Below are positions 61,115 to 64,000 of a stretch of 64,000 nucleotides of DNA, one piece after another (position 1 is the stretch's first letter; every line of letters starts with the position of its first letter). The notes beneath the pieces are model-generated. The model was not told where the DNA came from. It was given only the letters and a program-made list of their open reading frames with translations, and made no database searches. The translations under genes were made by a program, and so were the position numbers. Origin of the DNA: an uncultured bacterium (GTDB taxonomy: Bacteria; Auribacterota; Erginobacteria; Erginobacterales; Erginobacteraceae); assembly GCA_963822585.1 (NCBI GenBank), contig CAWGIE010000026.1, positions 128,001 through 192,000 on the forward strand, written 5' to 3'.

Positions 61115-62872
61115 ATGGATGATCTTGAATATCTGGACCGGTATCGTCATAGCGCGGCCCACGTGATGGCCCAGGCGGTAAAACGCCTCTTCCCGGAAGC
61201 GAAGCTGGGGATCGGCCCTCCTATCGAAGACGGTTTCTACTACGACTTCGATCTCCCCGTTACTTTGACCCCTGAAGATTTCAGCCGGATTGAAGAGGAA
61301 ATGCAGAGGATAGTCGATGCCGATCTGCCTTTCCAGCGGGAGGAACTCTCTTTCGAGGCGGGAAAGGAGCTGCTCGCCGGGCAGGGAGAGACCTACAAGC
61401 TGGAACTGTTGGAAGGTCTGAAAGGAGAAACAATCAGCATTTACCGGACCGGGGATTTCGTGGACCTCTGTCGCGGCCCCCACCTGGAAAGCACCGGGCA
61501 GATCAAGGCTTTCAAGCTCCTGAGCGTGGCGGGGGCTTACTGGAAAGGCGATGAGCAGCGCCCGATGCTGCAGCGGATCTATGCCACCGCCTTCACGGAT
61601 AAAAAAAACCTGCGGGAATATCTGGCCGGGATTGAAGAGGCCAAGAAGAGGGATCATCGAAAACTGGGCCGGGAGATGGATCTCTTCAGCTTTCACGAGG
61701 AAGCCCCCGGCGCTCCCTTTTTTCATCCCCGCGGGGTTGTTCTTTACCGGACGCTTTTGGATTTCTGGCAGGAAGTCCATCGGGAACACGGCTATCAGGA
61801 AATCATGACGCCGCTCATTCTCCGTGATGAACTCTGGCATCGAAGCGGACACTGGGATCATTACCAGGATCACATGTACCTGAGCGTGATCGGAGAGCAG
61901 ACGTATGCCGTCAAGCCGATGAACTGCCCCGGAACGCTCCTTTACTACAAGGAGAATCAGCATTCCTACCGTGAACTGCCGCTCAAGATAGCCGAACTGG
62001 GGCGTGTTCATCGTCGGGAGATGACCGGGGTATTGCACGGCCTCTTCCGGGTGCAGAGTTTCGTTATTGATGACGCCCATATCTTCTGCCTGCCGGAACA
62101 GATCACCGCGGAGATAATGAAGGTGACCGAGTTGATTCTCTCGATATACCGGGCGGTGGGGTTTAACCAGTTCGAGATCGAAATTTCCACCCGGCCCGAG
62201 TCTTCGATCGGCAGTGATGAAGATTGGGAGCTGGCTACCCGGAGCCTGCGCGAGGCGCTTGACCTCAACGGCATCTCTTATTCGATCAGCGAGGGAGAGG
62301 GAGCCTTCTACGGCCCGAAGATCGATTTTCATATTCGGGACTGCCTGAAGCGGAGTCATCAATGCGGAACGATTCAACTCGATTTTTCCATGCCCGCCCG
62401 TTTTGACCTGGAATACGTCGGAGCGGACGGGCTGAAACACAGGCCGGTCATGATCCACCGGGCCGCTTTCGGTTCGATCGAACGTTTTCTGGCTATCCTG
62501 CTCGAGCATTACGGAGGACTTCTTCCTCTCTGGCTGGCGCCGGTTCAGGCTATTGTTTTGCCGATCTCCGAGAAAACAATCGATTACGCCCGGGAGGTCA
62601 GACAGAAGCTGGAGATGGCGGGCATCCGGGTCGATCTGGACGACCGCAATGAGAAGATCGGCTATAAGATCCGTTCCGCCCGTCTCCAGCGGATACCGTA
62701 TATGCTGGTCGTGGGACCGGCGGAAGCGGAAGCCGGTACGATATCGGTGCGGAGTTCGCAATCCGGGCAGCTGGGTGATTGGCCCGTCGAAAAATGCGTC
62801 GAGACATTGAAACGGGAGATCCAAGACCGAGTTAATCCGAACCAGTCCTGTCCGCAAAGCGGACAGGACTGA
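61115..62872 (+). CDS. thrS: Threonine--tRNA ligase (no TGS domain)
   Basis: 'RHSAAHVMAQAV', 'DLCRGPH', 'RDHRKLG', 'KPMNCP', 'AFYGPKID', 'MIHRA'. Confidence 0.97.
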   Translation: MDDLEYLDRYRHSAAHVMAQAVKRLFPEAKLGIGPPIEDGFYYDFDLPVTLTPEDFSRIEEEMQRIVDADLPFQREELSFEAGKELLAGQGETYKLELLEGLKGETISIYRTGDFVDLCRGPHLESTGQIKAFKLLSVAGAYWKGDEQRPMLQRIYATAFTDKKNLREYLAGIEEAKKRDHRKLGREMDLFSFHEEAPGAPFFHPRGVVLYRTLLDFWQEVHREHGYQEIMTPLILRDELWHRSGHWDHYQDHMYLSVIGEQTYAVKPMNCPGTLLYYKENQHSYRELPLKIAELGRVHRREMTGVLHGLFRVQSFVIDDAHIFCLPEQITAEIMKVTELILSIYRAVGFNQFEIEISTRPESSIGSDEDWELATRSLREALDLNGISYSISEGEGAFYGPKIDFHIRDCLKRSHQCGTIQLDFSMPARFDLEYVGADGLKHRPVMIHRAAFGSIERFLAILLEHYGGLLPLWLAPVQAIVLPISEKTIDYAREVRQKLEMAGIRVDLDDRNEKIGYKIRSARLQRIPYMLVVGPAEAEAGTISVRSSQSGQLGDWPVEKCVETLKREIQDRVNPNQSCPQSGQD

Positions 62873-63059
62873 ATCTGGTTGGTTTTTAAGAATGCCGACC
62901 CGTTCATTAATCGCAAATAGGATAATGCAATAAAATGACCGTTCCGGCATGAAATGTTTGACTCAAACTGATTCTCTGATCGTTATCAATCTGTTCTGGT
63001 TTCGAACAAAATGTTATAAACTATTTTTTACGAAGTAAAAAATAAGGAGGTGATCGACG

Positions 63060-63587
63060 ATTCGAAATAATATTTTTATCAACAACGATATCCGTGCCAA
63101 TAAAGTCAGAACCATTGATACGGATGGTACTCAGCTGGGGATACTGCCCTTGTCCGAGGCTCTGAACCTGGCCAGGGAAAAATACCTGGATCTGGTCTGC
63201 GTCTCGCCGCAGTCAATCCCTCCGGTTTGCCGCATTCTCGATTACGGAAAGTATAAATACGAGTTAAGCAAGCGGGAGAAAGAGGGAAAGAAGCAGGCGC
63301 ATGCCGGGCGAATGAAGGAAATCAAGCTCAAGCCCCGGATCGAGGAGCACGATTATCAGGTCAAACTGCGCAAAGCGGTTGAATTCCTGCAGCGGGGTGA
63401 TAAATTACGGCTGACGCTGACCTTCCGCGGCCGGGAAATGGTCCGCCAGGATCTGGGGCGCCATATCTTGGACAGGATGATCGATGACCTGAAAGAATAC
63501 GGTTTGCTGGAAGGGAATTCCCGGATGATGGGACGGCGACTGACGATCGTTTTGAGCCCTCTGCAAGCTCGTCCTCAGGTGTCCTGA
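63060..63587 (+). CDS. infC: Translation initiation factor IF-3 with ATT start
   Basis: AAGGAGGTG 7 nt before in-frame ATT 63060; 'INNDIRA', 'PPVCRILDYGKYKY', 'FRGRE'. Confidence 0.93.
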   Translation: MRNNIFINNDIRANKVRTIDTDGTQLGILPLSEALNLAREKYLDLVCVSPQSIPPVCRILDYGKYKYELSKREKEGKKQAHAGRMKEIKLKPRIEEHDYQVKLRKAVEFLQRGDKLRLTLTFRGREMVRQDLGRHILDRMIDDLKEYGLLEGNSRMMGRRLTIVLSPLQARPQVS

Positions 63588-63681
63588 AAAAAACGTCCTG
63601 CCCGCGGCGGAAAGGTGGTATTCACCCGGCGGTTACATACGGTTATTCTCAATCCGTAAAAATGATACGGGAGTCTGTCTT

Positions 63682-63870
63682 ATGCCTAAATTAAAAAGTA
63701 AGAAAGGAGTCCGGAAGCGGATCCGCATCTCCAAACAAGGAAAGGTACAGTTCAAGCCTTCGGGGAAGGGTCATCTTCTCACCACGAAAAGCCGGAAACG
63801 GAAGAGGAGACTGCGCACCGGCGTTACCCTGGAAGGAGCCATGGCCAAGAAGCTCAGAAAGCTTGTATAG
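63682..63870 (+). CDS. rpmI: 50S ribosomal protein L35
   Basis: 'MPKLKSKKGVRKR...GHLL...KRKRRLR'; follows infC. Confidence 0.92.
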   Translation: MPKLKSKKGVRKRIRISKQGKVQFKPSGKGHLLTTKSRKRKRRLRTGVTLEGAMAKKLRKLV

Positions 63871-63973
63871 CCTGTATATAATATATCGTTACCTATCGGA
63901 GAAGAGAAAGCAGTCTACTGTAGCCGCAACAGGAGTTGCTACCGGTAACATCTACAACTAACGAGGGATACTC

Positions 63974-64000
63974 ATGACCAGATCTACAACAGGACCGGCC
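63974..64000 (+). CDS. rplT: 50S ribosomal protein L20, N-terminus only
   Basis: GAGGG RBS, MTRSTTGPA, synteny with infC-rpmI. Confidence 0.65.

Noticed and set aside
63590..63680. L20 leader RNA before rpmI
   Set aside because: Some pairing potential but no convincing match recognisable by eye; needs cmscan

Overview
GC-rich bacterial chromosome segment with AT-rich intergenic regions. It is diderm (outer-membrane barrel, Mla/MCE genes, lipoproteins), and a PVC-related candidate phylum is my inference from the NDK type, the L20 N-terminus and the C-terminal GDYxGDG repeat domain. Housekeeping genes include MATE, tandem-domain ndk, aspartate aminotransferase, aconitase, mfd, hflKC, ygiQ, dusB, gpmA, a ubiB-like kinase with phasin, amidase, adenosine deaminase, a YhaO/YhaN-like nuclease-ATPase, thrS-infC-rpmI-rplT, tRNA-Pro(TGG) and tRNA-Val(GAC). 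An accessory patch (~16.5-25.3 kb) holds an intact ISL3 element, gene relics and a BspA-type LRR surface protein. The most notable observations are: (1) a co-oriented SH3 / M48 protease / CHASE2 adenylate cyclase / MBL hydrolase / cNMP-gated MscS cluster behind an Mla-like operon whose ATPase is degenerate; (2) a lexA / truncated imuB / dnaE2 cassette with a candidate unusual SOS box TACCATA-N6-TATGGTA; (3) a CRISPR-like array built from tRNA-Pro 3' ends with a palindrome inserted in each T-loop; (4) a 63-aa protein resembling crenarchaeal chromatin protein CC1; (5) a structured leader with a terminator ahead of the LRR gene; (6) several families of periodic palindromic intergenic repeats, many abutting start codons. 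Three genes carry single-base frameshifts, two of them in homopolymer runs and so possibly sequencing errors.
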